This document shows positions 1 through 12,351 of a DNA stretch of 64,000 bases, one piece after another. Source of the DNA: Eledone cirrhosa (Eukaryota). Numbering within the stretch: position 1 is the first letter of the stretch; every line of letters begins with the position of its first letter. A model generated the notes under the pieces. That model saw only the letters and a list, made by a program, of their open reading frames with translations. It searched no databases and was not told the origin of the DNA. A program made the translations under genes and the position numbers. The stretch spans positions 252,092,001 through 252,156,000 of the forward strand of contig OZ024742.1 of assembly GCA_964016885.1 (NCBI GenBank), written 5' to 3'.

Positions 1-75
1 CTGTCAAGGTGTGGGAATTAGGACTTGAAAAATTTAGTCAAAAGGTGATAGGCAGTACGAACTTATGGTAAAACC

Positions 76-107
<32 letters not shown>

Positions 108-244
108 GGTATCCTAATAAAGATAAAATGGCAGAAAGTAAGATATTTGTATGATTTTTGGTGACCGAGTTTCAAAGAGAATCTGGCACATGTTTAGGTG
201 AGAATCAATATCCACATCTTAAGTAATTTAGACATAAGAATAGC

Positions 245-445
245 AATTTGGGGAAGAGGAAAGTTAGTTAACTTGATCCCAGTACTTGGCTGCTTATTTT
301 ATTTTATCAATCCCCGGAAGAAAGAAAGGCAGAATTAACCTTGGTGTGATTTGAACTCTGAACATAAAGAGATGGAGTAAAGGCCAGAAAGTCTGACACT
401 CTAGCGATTCCGCCACTCCACCAGTCTATCAATATTAATAACAAT
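245..445 (-). mobile_element. tRNA-derived SINE with conserved CTTTCATCC..GGGGTCGATAAAAT-type central domain (Meta/Sauria-SINE-like), degenerate
   Basis: Reverse complement gives GAGTTCAAATC B-box followed by ..TTAATTCTGCCTTTCTTTCTTCCGGGGATTGATAAAAT. Related copies lie at ~725-830, 1110-1272, 2968-3185, 12870-13025, 15690-15795, 18320-18570, 35420-35510 and 54275-54440. Confidence 0.7.
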
Positions 446-849
446 AATAGTGATCTAATACTGATGTTTTTTTTATAGGTTAGGCAGAAGGAGCAGCAAT
501 ATTTATAATCCTGTTCAGAGCCTCCATGACTGGATAGAGGAAGGAAGGTATCCTAAAATCAAAGACTTGGCCTGAATGTTTGCAACAGAGTAGACTCTTT
601 TAAAGGCAACCATGGGCTAGGTGGTGGTGGTGCTAAACCAAGCAACAGATTAAGTCAATCACCCAAATAGGCCACATAGCGATTTGAACGCAAACAGCTG
701 AAACAAATATATCAAAAGGACCCTGTTCAATGCTCTAATGATTCCACTAGTCTGCTACATTAGACAGGTACTTTATCTAGAAGGATGAAAGGTAAAGTTG
801 ACCTCGGTGAGATTTGAACCCCGAATAAAAGATCTAAAGTCTATCTTAA

Positions 850-1100
850 GCCAGAAGGCTCGTGCTTATTCCGGTTTCATGGCATGAAGTGACTGAGAGT
901 ACAAGACTTCCCGCTGGACAGGATGCCAGTGCATTAAACCCTCAGCTATTGTTGGTACTCATTTTCAGCTGAGTATACTGGAGCAATGTGAAATGAAGTG
1001 TTTTGATCAAGAACACAACACGCAACTCAGTCCAGGAATCTAACCCACAATGTTATAATTGTAAGTCCAACACCCTTAGCACTAGGCCATGTGCCTCCAC
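850..1100 (-). mobile_element. tRNA-derived SINE (CORE/V-type central domain)
   Basis: Minus strand starts GTGGAGGCACATGGCCTAGTG (A box), then GGGTTAGATTCC (B box), then ACACTTCATTTCACATTGCTCCAGTATACTCAGCTGAAAATGAGTACC. Similar copies at ~2500-2735, 16170-16330 and 27450-27590. Confidence 0.75.
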
Positions 1101-1914
1101 GCTGAATACAAGGAGCAAGAATAAATATTACAACGATCTAATGATTCTGCCAATTTGCTGTCAGTCCAACATTATTAACTTTGCCTTTCATCCTTACGGG
1201 GTCAATAAAATAAAGTACCAGTATTACACTGGGATAATTGCTGGCCTTGTGCCAAAAGTAGAAACAATTATTAACTAAAAGACTCTTTGGATGGAGAAAG
1301 TGAATCCCTGTAAAATCAAGAGAGAGAGAAAACAAAATGTCAAAGTAAGAATTTTTATGAGAAAGCAGTTGATTCCAATTAACTAAGCTTCAAATCTGTT
1401 TGCTGACTTCACATTATTTCTTATATCAACTACTAGATAATATTTCAAATCAAAGAATCTTTTGACAAATGAAGTTGGTGCTGTCTAAGAATTTGACAGT
1501 TCTAAGAATAACAGGCAAGCAATGAAAATTTAATTAACAACTAATTTTAAGTTCTAAAGTAAATCACAAATCTATTAGGGTGTTTCTTAGCTACAAATCA
1601 CAAAGTTAATTTAAAGTTCAGCTTTAAACATTGACAAGATACAGACTACTCTTATAATACCAACATCAAATTTTATCTATTAGTACATGCTGTATATAAG
1701 AATTTTGTCCCTGGAGTGAAGTAAAATTGAACCTGAAAAAGACAAATATTTCTTTCTTTCTTCATTTTGATAATTAAGCTGTGAAATTGAAATTAATATA
1801 ACTATAGCAATGAATATAAGTACAATGACTTAGTAATGTAACTATTACAGTTATTTTGGCAAACATGTCTTTCAAGCATTTACATTCAAATTTATTTTGA
1901 ACATATGAAGCATT

Positions 1915-2075
1915 TCTTAATGGCTGAGTGGTTAAGAAGTTTGTTTTGAAACCAGTTGTTTTGGGTTCAGTCCCGCTGTGCAGTAGCATGGGCAAGTTTC
2001 TTTCACTATTACCTTGGGTTGACCAATGCCTTGTGAGTGGAATTTGGTAGACAGAAACTGGAGAAGCCTATCGTA
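1915..2075 (+). mobile_element. tRNA-derived SINE ending in (TG)n
   Basis: TGGCTGAGTGGTTAAGAAG A box, GGGTTCAGTCCC B box, and GCCTTGTGAGTGGAATTTGGTAGACAGAAACTG body. Related copies at ~23040-23190 (-) and ~49030-49200 (+). Confidence 0.7.
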
Positions 2076-2135
2076 AGTGCGTGTGTGAAAAGTAAACAAA
2101 AAAACAACAAAAAGAAACGATACAGTGCAATGAAG

Positions 2136-2137
<2 letters not shown>

Positions 2138-2178
<41 letters not shown>
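2138..2178. repeat. (TG)n microsatellite (representative of many CA/TG, TA, GA, GAT and poly-A tracts)
   Basis: Read directly. Other tracts include (TC)n 12082-12112, (GA)n 12309-12348, (TA)n 3640-3680, 20648-20676 and 21603-21632, and mixed CA/TA 39483-39622. Confidence 0.95.
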
Positions 2179-2181
<3 letters not shown>

Positions 2182-3341
2182 ACATTTGTGTCTATCTGTG
2201 TTTATATCCTGTAACACAAAAGAGATCAATAAAGTATGTATCAGACTACTGGGGTCAATATGTTTGACTAAATCAAGGTGGTGCCCTAGCAAGGTCGATG
2301 TCTACTGACTGAAACAAGTCATATCTGGGATGCCTTTTAGGAATATGGCAGCCTCTAGTGTGTGTGTATGTACCTTCTGTCCATTAAGTTTAATTTGTTT
2401 ACTCCCATATATCCCAGATATATGTTAATTTGTTTACTCCCATATATAGGGAGGGATTGTTGAGTTCAATTATATTATAAGTCTAAAATCTGTCTCACAA
2501 CCCGGAGGCTCATCAGGCCGGTGCTTATTCCAGTGTCCATAGCATTAAGCAACTGAAAGTACATTAAGTCCATCGTAGAGTTAAACCCCCAGCTATTGCT
2601 GGTACTCATTTTCAGCTGACTATACTGGAGCAACATGAAATTAAGTGCTCAAAAACACAACACAACCCAGTCCAGGAATTGAACCCATGACATTATGATC
2701 ATAAGCCTAACACCCCTACCACTAGGCCATGCCCATTCTCAGTGATATTAATGGTGTTTTATAGTTTAGGGTTACATGACCATCATCAGTGCCTACAAAA
2801 TTGCTTTGGTCTTATTTGTAAAATATTGCTCCATATTTCACAATCATTTTGATATGAAACCGCCCTTGTTTCTACAATAAGCTGTTCATTTTAAAATGTC
2901 TAAAAACCTTCCAGTGTAATTTTCTGTAAGTACTTTTGTTAAGTTATGTTCCAAACACCAACTTAATAATAGTTTCTGATTTAGGCACAGAGCCAACAAT
3001 TTTTGGGGAGGGGCAAGTTGATTAAATTGACCCCACTGTATTATTGGTATTTCATTTCATGAACCCCGTAAGGATGAAAAGCAAAGCTAGCCCTGGTGGG
3101 ATTTGAACTCAGAACATAAAGGGCCATAATTATATGCTGCAAAGCATGTTGTCTGACGCTCTACTAATTCTGCCAATCCACCAATAACTTTATTATGAGA
3201 AAATTTGTTATATTACTAGATTTCTCCAAATACTTGAATATTCTCAAAATTATTTGAAAATAATAAGCAGTGAAAAATCATAATAAAAGGGTTCATCCCA
3301 AAAGTTTGTTCTTTGATAATATGGATCCATTTGACTACTAA

Positions 3342-3568
3342 TTAACCCTTTAGCATTTACATTACTATTTATACTATTATATTTTCACAGTAAAGGCTTT
3401 ACCTCACATAATTATCTCACATAATATTGAATCTATGAGATTTGGATATTATATATTTTGAGAACAATACCTTAACATCAGTATGAGCAGCTGGTTACAG
3501 CCAGTTTAAACAGAAAGAGGTGAGAGAATTCTGGCCACATATGGCCGGTTTAAATGCTAAAGGGTTAA
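3342..3568. mobile_element. piggyBac-type MITE (TTAA-flanked)
   Basis: TTAA-CCCTTTAGCATTTA ... TAAATGCTAAAGGG-TTAA terminal inverted repeats. A second copy with similar internal sequence is at 25339-25566. Confidence 0.8.
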
Positions 3569-3637
3569 CTAAATCAGCCCTGACTATAGGACAGACACTC
3601 ATAGCAGGTAACACGGATGTTAAAATGATGATGATGA

Positions 3638-3677
<40 letters not shown>

Positions 3678-4519
3678 TATAAATACATATAATTATTATT
3701 AAGGCCAGTTACTACAATGGAGCCATACCAGGAACATGTTTTGCTGGCCTGGAGGATCAACTTTTTCAACCTGTACTGGTGGAAATGAACTGGAAATTGC
3801 TTAGTTTATATATATATATATACATACATACACATACACGCATACATAATGATCCACAAATGAAGATTAAGTTAGCACTAGGAATGTAAAGAAAATTGGC
3901 AAAAAAGAGTATAAAATTTACCAAAAGTAAAAAAAGAAATATATTTTTTATTCAACTGAAATATCTTCTTTATTCATTATATATATATTATTTGGTTTGA
4001 TATAAATTATTGATATATTGATAACCAAACTGAACTTGTCAGGTTGTGTTGGCAGCTAATAAAAAACCTAGGGAAGTTTGATTATAGCTATCCATAACAA
4101 GAGACGAGCAGGCACCGAATGGACACTAGCAGAAAAATCATACAACTAGCTTTGCAAACCAATGAAGAAGCCTCTATGTGGTCGTTTGACTTGCTGGAAA
4201 TAGCAGTCGAATCTTACCACATGGCATCCTTTACAACATGAAACAACATTAGTAAACCTGTTGTCATTTTATGTGCTCAAATGATTAAGTTTATGTACAC
4301 TAGTAACTTTTCTGCTTAGTATATAAAATGCTAAGTACTATCACACTTACTATGAAAAGAGAAAGAGGATATCTGGGTTTCAATGCTACTTTCATTGTCT
4401 TTACAATGGTGCAGTTAACACATATCATATTGCACCACATGAAAACTTATTAGTAAGACATTCTTGAACATTACAAAACAACACTATGACTGTAACACAT
4501 AAAAAAATAAAGTCTATAC

Positions 4520-5853
4520 TAGATGCGTTCCTAACTGCAGGTATGGAGGAGGACTTCTTATTATGAAGCTGGCGGATTGTCTGCCAGAACACTTTATTTG
4601 CTAATCTGAAGTTGGATTCCAGCTTAACTCTACAGTCCTCCCATGTCTTAACTTTGGACGCCTTTACTGTCTCTGCTGCGATTCTTCTTGCCTGCTTGTA
4701 CTGCAAGTGCAAGGAGGAGGACTTATTTTCAAGCCAAGCTTTGTAAGTCTCCTTTGCTCAGATGGCATCTTTGACCTCTTGATTGAACTAAGGGGTCCTC
4801 CTGCCATCCAGCACCTAACCAAGCCTCTTTCGCCTGCAGCATTTAACAGCTGAAGCAGAAACTGCTGCACTGAACAATCTGCACTCTGTCACAACATCCT
4901 CAGTTTGCTCAGGGAGTTCTCTGAATTTGGATGCAATAGTATCTGTATACCTGGTCTTGACTTCCTTAGCCAATGATGTTTTCCATTTTATCCTGTAGGT
5001 CACCCTGGATCTGCCAGTTTTGTGTGCTTCCTGGGCTTTAGTTGGTCTCAAGCTGCTGATAACTAGATGGTGATCAGTTTAGAGCTCAGCCCCTCTCTTA
5101 ACACGAACATTCAGCACATAATCGAAGAGATCAGAGACAATCGTCATTTACGTCCACTTTTTCCCTGCTTGCAAGGGTGGGACGGGAACTGATTTTGGCT
5201 TGATTTCTACAGCTGGATGCCCTTCCTAACACCAACCTCAGTTACAGTGAGTGCTGGGTGTTGTTTTGCCGTGGCACCTCCACGACCACTTTGCAGTGGA
5301 ATGATAGGGATCCCAGTCCCTATCATCTCATTTCTACAGCTGAGTAAACTGGAGCAATGTGAAATAAAGTGTCTTGCTTAAGTAAACAACACATCACTCG
5401 GTCTGAGAATTGAACTCACAACCTTTCGATTGCAAGGCCAATGCTCTAACCACTAAGCCATGTGCCTCCTATCAAAATCAATTATTGATCTCTGTCTCCG
5501 ATTCCCCCTTATACCATGTATATTTATGGATGTTTCTGTGCTGGAAGAAGGTGTTCATCATAGAGAATCCATTGCTAGAACAGAAGTCTAAAAAGGCCTC
5601 TCGATTTGTATTTAGATAAGAGTCACCATTCCTTCCAATCACTTCTTCGCATGCCAGGTGGCCAGTGAAGTCTCCCATCAGTCTTAACTGTATCTAACAC
5701 TGCAGTGACTTCACCAAGGAAGGATCTGTATTCAGACTCTTTGTTTGGTGCATAAACTTGCACCACCTACAGAGACCTATCTTTCAGCCAAAGCTTCAAG
5801 AGGCAAATCCTCACTCATAATGAGATCCAGTCGATAACACATTCTGACAGCCT
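4520..5853 (-). mobile_element. RTE-clade LINE fragment (APE endonuclease to linker), decayed, interrupted by a SINE
   Basis: Minus-strand peptides VQVYAPN, MGDF, FLDFCSSNGFSMMNTFFQHRNIHKYTWY, ELxTDHHLV and KLESNFRLANKVFWQTIRQL, with frameshifts and stops. Confidence 0.85.
5141..5470 (-). mobile_element. Young tRNA-headed SINE with RTE-derived 3' tail
   Basis: A box TGGCTTAGTGG, B box GAGTTCAATTC, and tail GTTGGTGTTAGGAAGGGCATCCAGCTGTAGAAA..GGACGTAAATGA. Near-identical copies at 46205-46585, 50430-50700, 51785-52092 and 56680-56975. Confidence 0.9.
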
Positions 5854-6704
5854 GTGCAGCCATTTTTGGTGCTACACATGAATAGAGGAGTTTTTAACCT
5901 CTATCTAAATCTACAGTACCAGAGCCATGGAACTTTGTTGAGGAAACCAGGTTGCAATTGTCATGGTTTTGTCCATTCCAGACCCTCTTTGGGGTCTTGG
6001 GATATGCAATCTTGTAGTGTATATCTTGCTTTTTTAAAATAGATACACTGTATACCTGTGTATTGTAAGAGGCAACTAAAAGAGTGGGTGTGAGGGAGAG
6101 CATCTGGCTGCAAAAAGTTACTGCAAACCATCCTGTCCAAACCCATGCCAGCATGGGAAAGTAGACATGATGATGATGATGATGATGATAGTGTGCTGGC
6201 TAACTGCAGCATTCCATATTGCTAAAAATAGCAACTAAATTTCCTCAAATTTACACTGTACCATCTTTATAAAAAAAAAAAGAACATGCTAATTCGGGAC
6301 ATGTTTGAAAATAAGATGGATGGTCATGGCTGGGAACACTCTGGTCATAACAACAACAACCAATCAATGGCATTTATTTACAGCTAGGTAGATTAAGTCA
6401 TAAATTAACTATATTGAGCATGTAAGCAGTTGTCATGGCTAATACATCATTGGTTTAGCTGGCCTCCTATGAGGTTGCATTGCATAGGAGGGTTTTTAGA
6501 TATGTTAACCCTTTAGATATTAACCTGCCCCAAACCAGCCCTGGATTTATGAAACAGAACCACTCATTTTAAAGGGTTTCTATTTAAACAAAATTGTTCT
6601 ATCATAACTTGATATGAGAACCTTTCATTAAATTATGATACAATTAATGATATAATTAATAATTTTTAGTAAACTTCTTCAAATTCTTGATTAATTAATT
6701 CAAT

Positions 6705-6998
6705 TACATCTCCCAAGCGAAACTGATATAATATTCATCTCCAAAGGGAAACTGATATAATATTCACCTCCAAAGCGAAACTACTGTAATATTCACCTCC
6801 AAAGTTAAACTGGTGTAATATTCACCTCCAAAGCGAAAATATTTTAGGACCTCATTTATGTAGAATTTGGAGCTGGTGAAAACCAGCAAAATATAAGCTG
6901 AACCCCTGTTTTACCACCTCAAATATAAGCTGAACCCCTGTTTTACCATCAAGTTTTTTGTCACATATTTCTCAGCTTATATATGAGTATATACTGTA
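6705..6998 (+). mobile_element. Tc1/pogo (Tc2-like) DNA transposon end with subterminal tandem repeats
   Basis: About 4.5 copies of a 29-bp unit (CACCTCCAAAGCGAAACTGATATAATATT) and a duplicated ATATAAGCTGAACCCCTGTTTTACCA. The end CTCAGCTTATATATGAGTATATACTGTA resembles the pogo/Tc2 TIR (..CGGCTTATAxxCGAGTATATACGGTA). Confidence 0.55.
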
Positions 6999-7177
6999 TG
7001 GATAGACAAATTATAAACTGAATTACTAATTTACTACATAAAACATAATTGAATGACTGAAATTCAGTTTTCTGTTTCTATTATTATGACGTACTATTAA
7101 TTAAAACACAAAATAGTACACTATTTTATCTGACTATATACAAAATATTTGAATAAAAGAGTAAAGGTATATATATA

Positions 7178-7658
7178 TGTAGCGAAATCTCTTTGCACAT
7201 ACTGACCTCCAAATGACATATGGCTGCTATTTCTCTTTATCTCAGTTGGCGTCAGTAGTCTGGAGAGGCTGGCTAGCTTGAGGTGAAGTGAGATAAGTTT
7301 TTCTTTAGATCATTTGACTCTGGTTCCTCGGGAGAGAAGCATCACTTTGACTTGCTGAAGCAAGTAAGTAACTGAGGAAAAAACTTTGGCACTGTCGACA
7401 AAGGCCCGACAGCAATTCTTCCATCAGCACTTCAACCACTCACAGAATCATCTGTCTCTTCATATAGACAACACAGAAGCCTTTTTTAAAACACTATATT
7501 TATTTGTGAGTGCTACCATCAAACTTTATATTTTCATGATTCGAAGTAACCATATTCTTTTTCCTTTTTGCTGAAGTGAAGTAAAGTTTTATATATAAAC
7601 AAAATTATTGTATTTGTCATGTTTATCACTATCTACATCAAACCAAAACTTTGCTTCA
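7178..7658. mobile_element. Probable solo LTR inserted in (TA)n
   Basis: Begins TGTAGCGAAA and ends CTTTGCTTCA (TG...CA with short imperfect inverted termini). It is flanked by TATATA on both sides and is richer in GC than its surroundings. Confidence 0.5.
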
Positions 7659-8413
7659 TATATATACATATATATATGTTCATCCTATCTATTTAAGATA
7701 TCAGTATATGATAATGCTAGCTTACTTTATAAATGATTCAGTTGATTTTCCTTTTTTCTTGGTCTTTAGTTTTTTTAAAATAGCTATGTCAGCAAATATT
7801 GATGATGTGATAAACTTATGACACTAATTGATTATCTTTTATGCAACAGTTAATGGGTTAAATAAACTTTATGAAAAAAAAAAAAGAAAGCAAAACCAAA
7901 AAAAATTTACATTGTGATGATTTATTTTCAATGTAATTTCCTGATTTTATGGTATTTATTTCAGTTGGAGGAAATGCTCACGAGAGTTGCTCATGACAAA
8001 TACTATCTATGTCTGAATCCATGCCAAATGTTAGCTTAATTTACTGGTCAAATTTGAAGAAGTTCCAACATTAGTTGCTTTTTCATGTGCCAATTCTTAT
8101 TTTCTAAACTTTGACCTATGTACTATTTACTTCATTGTAAAATAAATATATTCTTCACACACAAAAAAAAGATAGATTCCAGGTTAGCAATAGTCTGTCT
8201 CACAAATGAAGAGGAAATATTTTGAAAGCTGGCATGTGGGGAATACTCAAAAGATGACTACAGATTTTACACATACATATCTATACAATCCAATCCAGGA
8301 ACCCCTCCCTGGTTGATCTCCACCACTTTCTGTTTGGTTTTGGTCATGTCAGAGTGTGTCTGTACTCACCAAGCTTGACCAATTGCAGGTTAGTGAGGCT
8401 ATTTAACCCATAG

Positions 8414-8682
8414 TCGGGATTAGATTTAGACCTTGGGGGCGAGGGCCTTCATACACAAAAAATTATGATACACAGCAAACTTCCCAGTTTTACATATCAA
8501 AATTAGATTGGCGTAAGTAATTGAAAATGAAAAGTTCTACATACAGGTATTAAATTAAAAAACTAACCATCCTAAAACTAAAAAGCTCAGCTGAGGGCAC
8601 AAATAAATTGCTACGCCTGATGCTGGTGGGGCCCCCCACTGCAGAGGGCCTGGGGTAATTGCTCCCATTAAATCCGGCCCTG
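8414..8682. mobile_element. hAT-like non-autonomous element
   Basis: Right end TAAATCCGGCCCTG (TIR CAGGGCCGGATTTA), a degenerate left end, and GGGGCCCC subterminal motifs. Confidence 0.45.
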
Positions 8683-9589
8683 CATTGTTTCTGAAGAGTT
8701 CAACTACTTTTTTAACAGCTCTTGCTTTTTGGGATACTGGGGCTTCACTAAACCTCCTCACCAAACCAGGGTCTGCTGGGGAAGCCGGTTTAGTTACCGA
8801 TCACTCGACCATAAAGCAGGTTATACTGAGTTACATAGTACTAGTAACACGCAGAAGCCTGACATAACCATACATATCTATGACATATTATTATGCACAT
8901 CAACATCATCATCATCACTGTTTTACATAATTTTCCATGCTAGCATGGGTTGGATAGGTTGTCTCATTCTGTAACTAGACATGTCAAATGGCTTCACTTA
9001 CATGTTCCAGTTTGGTATGGTTTCTAAACTTGAATGTCCTTTCTAATGTCAAACATTTTACAGCATGTACTGGGTGCATTTTATCATGGCATCAGCACTA
9101 CCACTTTACAGAGTTGGCTGGGTGTATCTTATCCTAGCACTGGTACTACTATTTTACAGAGTTGACTGAGTGCATTTTATCTACCATTTTACAAAGTGGG
9201 TTGAGTGTATTCTATTATGGCACCAGCACTACTATATTACAGAGTGGGATCCCAATGGTAAATTCTAAGTTGTGCTACTCAAACTATTTAAATTTTTTGC
9301 ACTATTTATAATTCCACAATAAAACATACCCAGTACACTCTGTAATAGTTGGTGTTAGGTAGGGCATCAAGCTGTAGAAATTATGTCAAACATTGTAATG
9401 CACAAGCAAGACACATTGTCCAACTCATCTAGGATGGCAGTAACTCCTAATAAGAACTAACTTGAACCATAAGGACTCACTCAAACCATGTCAGTATAGA
9501 AAGCAGACATAAAATGATGACAAGTTATTTGAAAACCCAAAGTATATACATACTGTGCGCACATGTGAGTGCACCCACATACAAACAAA

Positions 9590-10097
9590 TATAAGATGTC
9601 TCAGAAAAGAATCAGGACTGGGTTTACAAAAAATATTTCAAATCCAAACTACAAGTTTTCTCCTCCGAAATAATCCCCTTCAAGTCTAACACACTTTCCC
9701 ATCCTTCTCTGCCATGCCTCAATCATATTCCAAGGATGTTCTTCCACTTTTGAAGTGTCCATGCCACTTGAAATATTGCATATGGCCCATTGCCTCATCA
9801 CTGTAAGCTTGCCAAAGCATGCGCAATGTCTCTGTAGCAAACTTCTCAAGTTGAATGCAAAATTTCACGTTGGCTCTTTGTTCCAACTTTCTGTTTGTGA
9901 TAAAAATCGCAGGCTATAGCATACACGTGATCACAATAACACAAATTCCACAATTTGTGAAGTGAACACAGTGATGTCACTCAGCATACTGGCGCATGAA
10001 GGTTACTGCTAGCTCTCACTGTGAGCGCAACCATGTATTGCTATCTGTTGGCATGCTACAGTACTAGTCTGGAAACTTTTTGATACCACCCCACATA
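9590..10097 (-). mobile_element. Internally deleted mariner element
   Basis: Minus-strand WQRRMGKCVRLEGDYF matches the mariner transposase C-terminal motif (WxxRWxKCVxxxGDYFE). Ends resemble TA-GAGGxGxxTCAxAAAG TIRs. Confidence 0.75.
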
Positions 10098-12077
10098 TAA
10101 AGAGAGAAAGAGATAGGGATAGATTAAGTGACAGAAAGATAGATAGATAATTAAATTTACATATGTTAAGTTAACTCTTAATATCCTGTATTGCATGAGA
10201 TCATGTTACCAAGACATTGTTCAACAGTACAAGACAGCACCATGACTGCATTGTATTATAAATTAAAGTCCTTAGTTAATTGCAAACTTTCACAATGATC
10301 TGTCCACAAGCAATGATACTTTAAACATGTGAATTAAGAAATCAATTTTTAGAATTTCTAAGCTAGTATTCATCAAAAACAATTTCATGGTTTAACATCA
10401 AATAAAATTGTGTTTGCAGTTTGTAACAGAACCTATTTTCTCCTTTCTACAGTGTGGATTAACAAAAAACAAAAAAACAAAACAAAACAAAAAAAAAAAC
10501 TCTCCTGATAGTCAACTGGCAATCTGAGATATCTGCTTCTAGCCTCAAGTAACATTGGTGCAACGACAGAAAATTGTGAAGAAAATTTCAGTATTTCTCT
10601 CTCCTTATATAATTATATATTTAGGTGTTTAATAAAATTTTACCGTTTTTATACCACAAAGCTTTGACTAGTTCATAATAAACAATTATTTTTGCTGGTA
10701 TTTCCCTCTTAATTCTTTGAAGTTATATAATTGCTTCCTAACCCATCCTACTAATGTGCTTCTTTTCTTTTTTAACACTACCAACTGGAAGAATTCAAGA
10801 CTAATAGCTTTTAATCTAATTATCCATCATGCCAAGCAATCCTGAAGCTTAAACTGTCAAAATTTTTCAATCTATTTATTTTATATTTATGCAGCATTTC
10901 ATGTCAGTAATTCTAAATGTATTTCATCAATATGAAAATAAATCATTGAATATTTTTTTTTATAAGAAATTGTGTAATTCAAGTTTAAAGAGAAGCAATA
11001 TAAACTATTTTAAAATATTGATACTGTTCTGCCACAATTAATACCAAGCCAGGATCCAACACACTTTTTTAAGTTAACTTTTTTTTACGAAAAAAGGTTC
11101 TTGTGAAATCCTTTGATTATTATTATTATTATTATTATTATCTGTAATGAACTCATAAGATAGAGCTTCTTAGTGTTTTCTTGTTAACAAGGTCATATTG
11201 ACATTTAATCCTCATATTTTACATCACATTAAATCTAATAGACAATTTACAGCATCTTTCTTAATTTAATTAATTTAGATGTGTTTTGCACAGCAAAATA
11301 AGCAACTATATAGATATTTAACCTAAACTAAACTTTAATCCTTTCATTACCATATTTTTAATGAAAGTCACTGTCTATAATTTTCAAATAATTTTGAAAA
11401 TAATCAAAAATTTGAAGGGATTTAGTAAAATAACTAACTTTTTAAGGATTCTTACTTATGATGGAAGGTTATTCTTTTCAGATAAATATAAATTTGACAC
11501 GTTAAAATAAACAGCTTTGTATAATAAAACCAGAAGCAGGTTTGGAAGGTTTAATATCAATAATGTTAAGTGTTGAATACCTGAATTAATTTTACTTTAG
11601 CATACATCAATACTCCCTATTTAAAAGTTCACTTGAATTAGAGAAAAGTGTCCAGAAAATGATAATACCCATATCACTGTATCTACCCATCTAAAAAAGA
11701 TGGGTCCTTTTTAAAAAAGAAGTTAGTATCAACATTCCAGTTAAACTGAATTAATTCTGGGGTGATAAAAGTTGAAGTTGATAATAATGCATTTGAACCT
11801 TGATCAGTGCTATACAAAACAGGGTACACTAAACATCTGAACCGTGATTAGTGAGATAGAGAACAAGCTACACTAAAATACTCAGTCATTTCCATATAGA
11901 AGATATTAATAGAATTTTATTTATATGAAATCTGTCATTTTCAAAACCATTTTCCTAGATGCATTAATCTCTTCACATAAGACTTAAAATTTATTATTTC
12001 GGCAGTTTCAAAAATGTTCCCTAATCAAAAATATTAATAGGAAAGAAAAATCTATGACACACATACACACACACACA

Positions 12078-12117
<40 letters not shown>

Positions 12118-12306
12118 GACACACAACTAAGTTATCATTACATTGAATCTGTAGCCCAAAACAAAGTCTGCAACCCAATTTTAATTCTCAGCTGGAACCA
12201 CTTCAACATCATTAATGCTCCTGGGGAAAGACATGAGTATTACAACTCTTTTTTTCTTCTTTATAAATTTGATGGTTTGCATTTGATAAAAATCTCTGTG
12301 CGTGTA

Positions 12307-12351
<45 letters not shown>

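Noticed and set aside
5395-5470. tRNA gene
   Set aside because: The A and B boxes belong to a SINE head that continues into SINE body and RTE tail. It is repeated in several copies and lacks a proper acceptor stem.
6705-6840. 29-bp repeats resembling a CRISPR array
   Set aside because: The units are head-to-tail with no unique spacers, no cas genes are present, and the context is eukaryotic. They adjoin a pogo/Tc2-like terminus.
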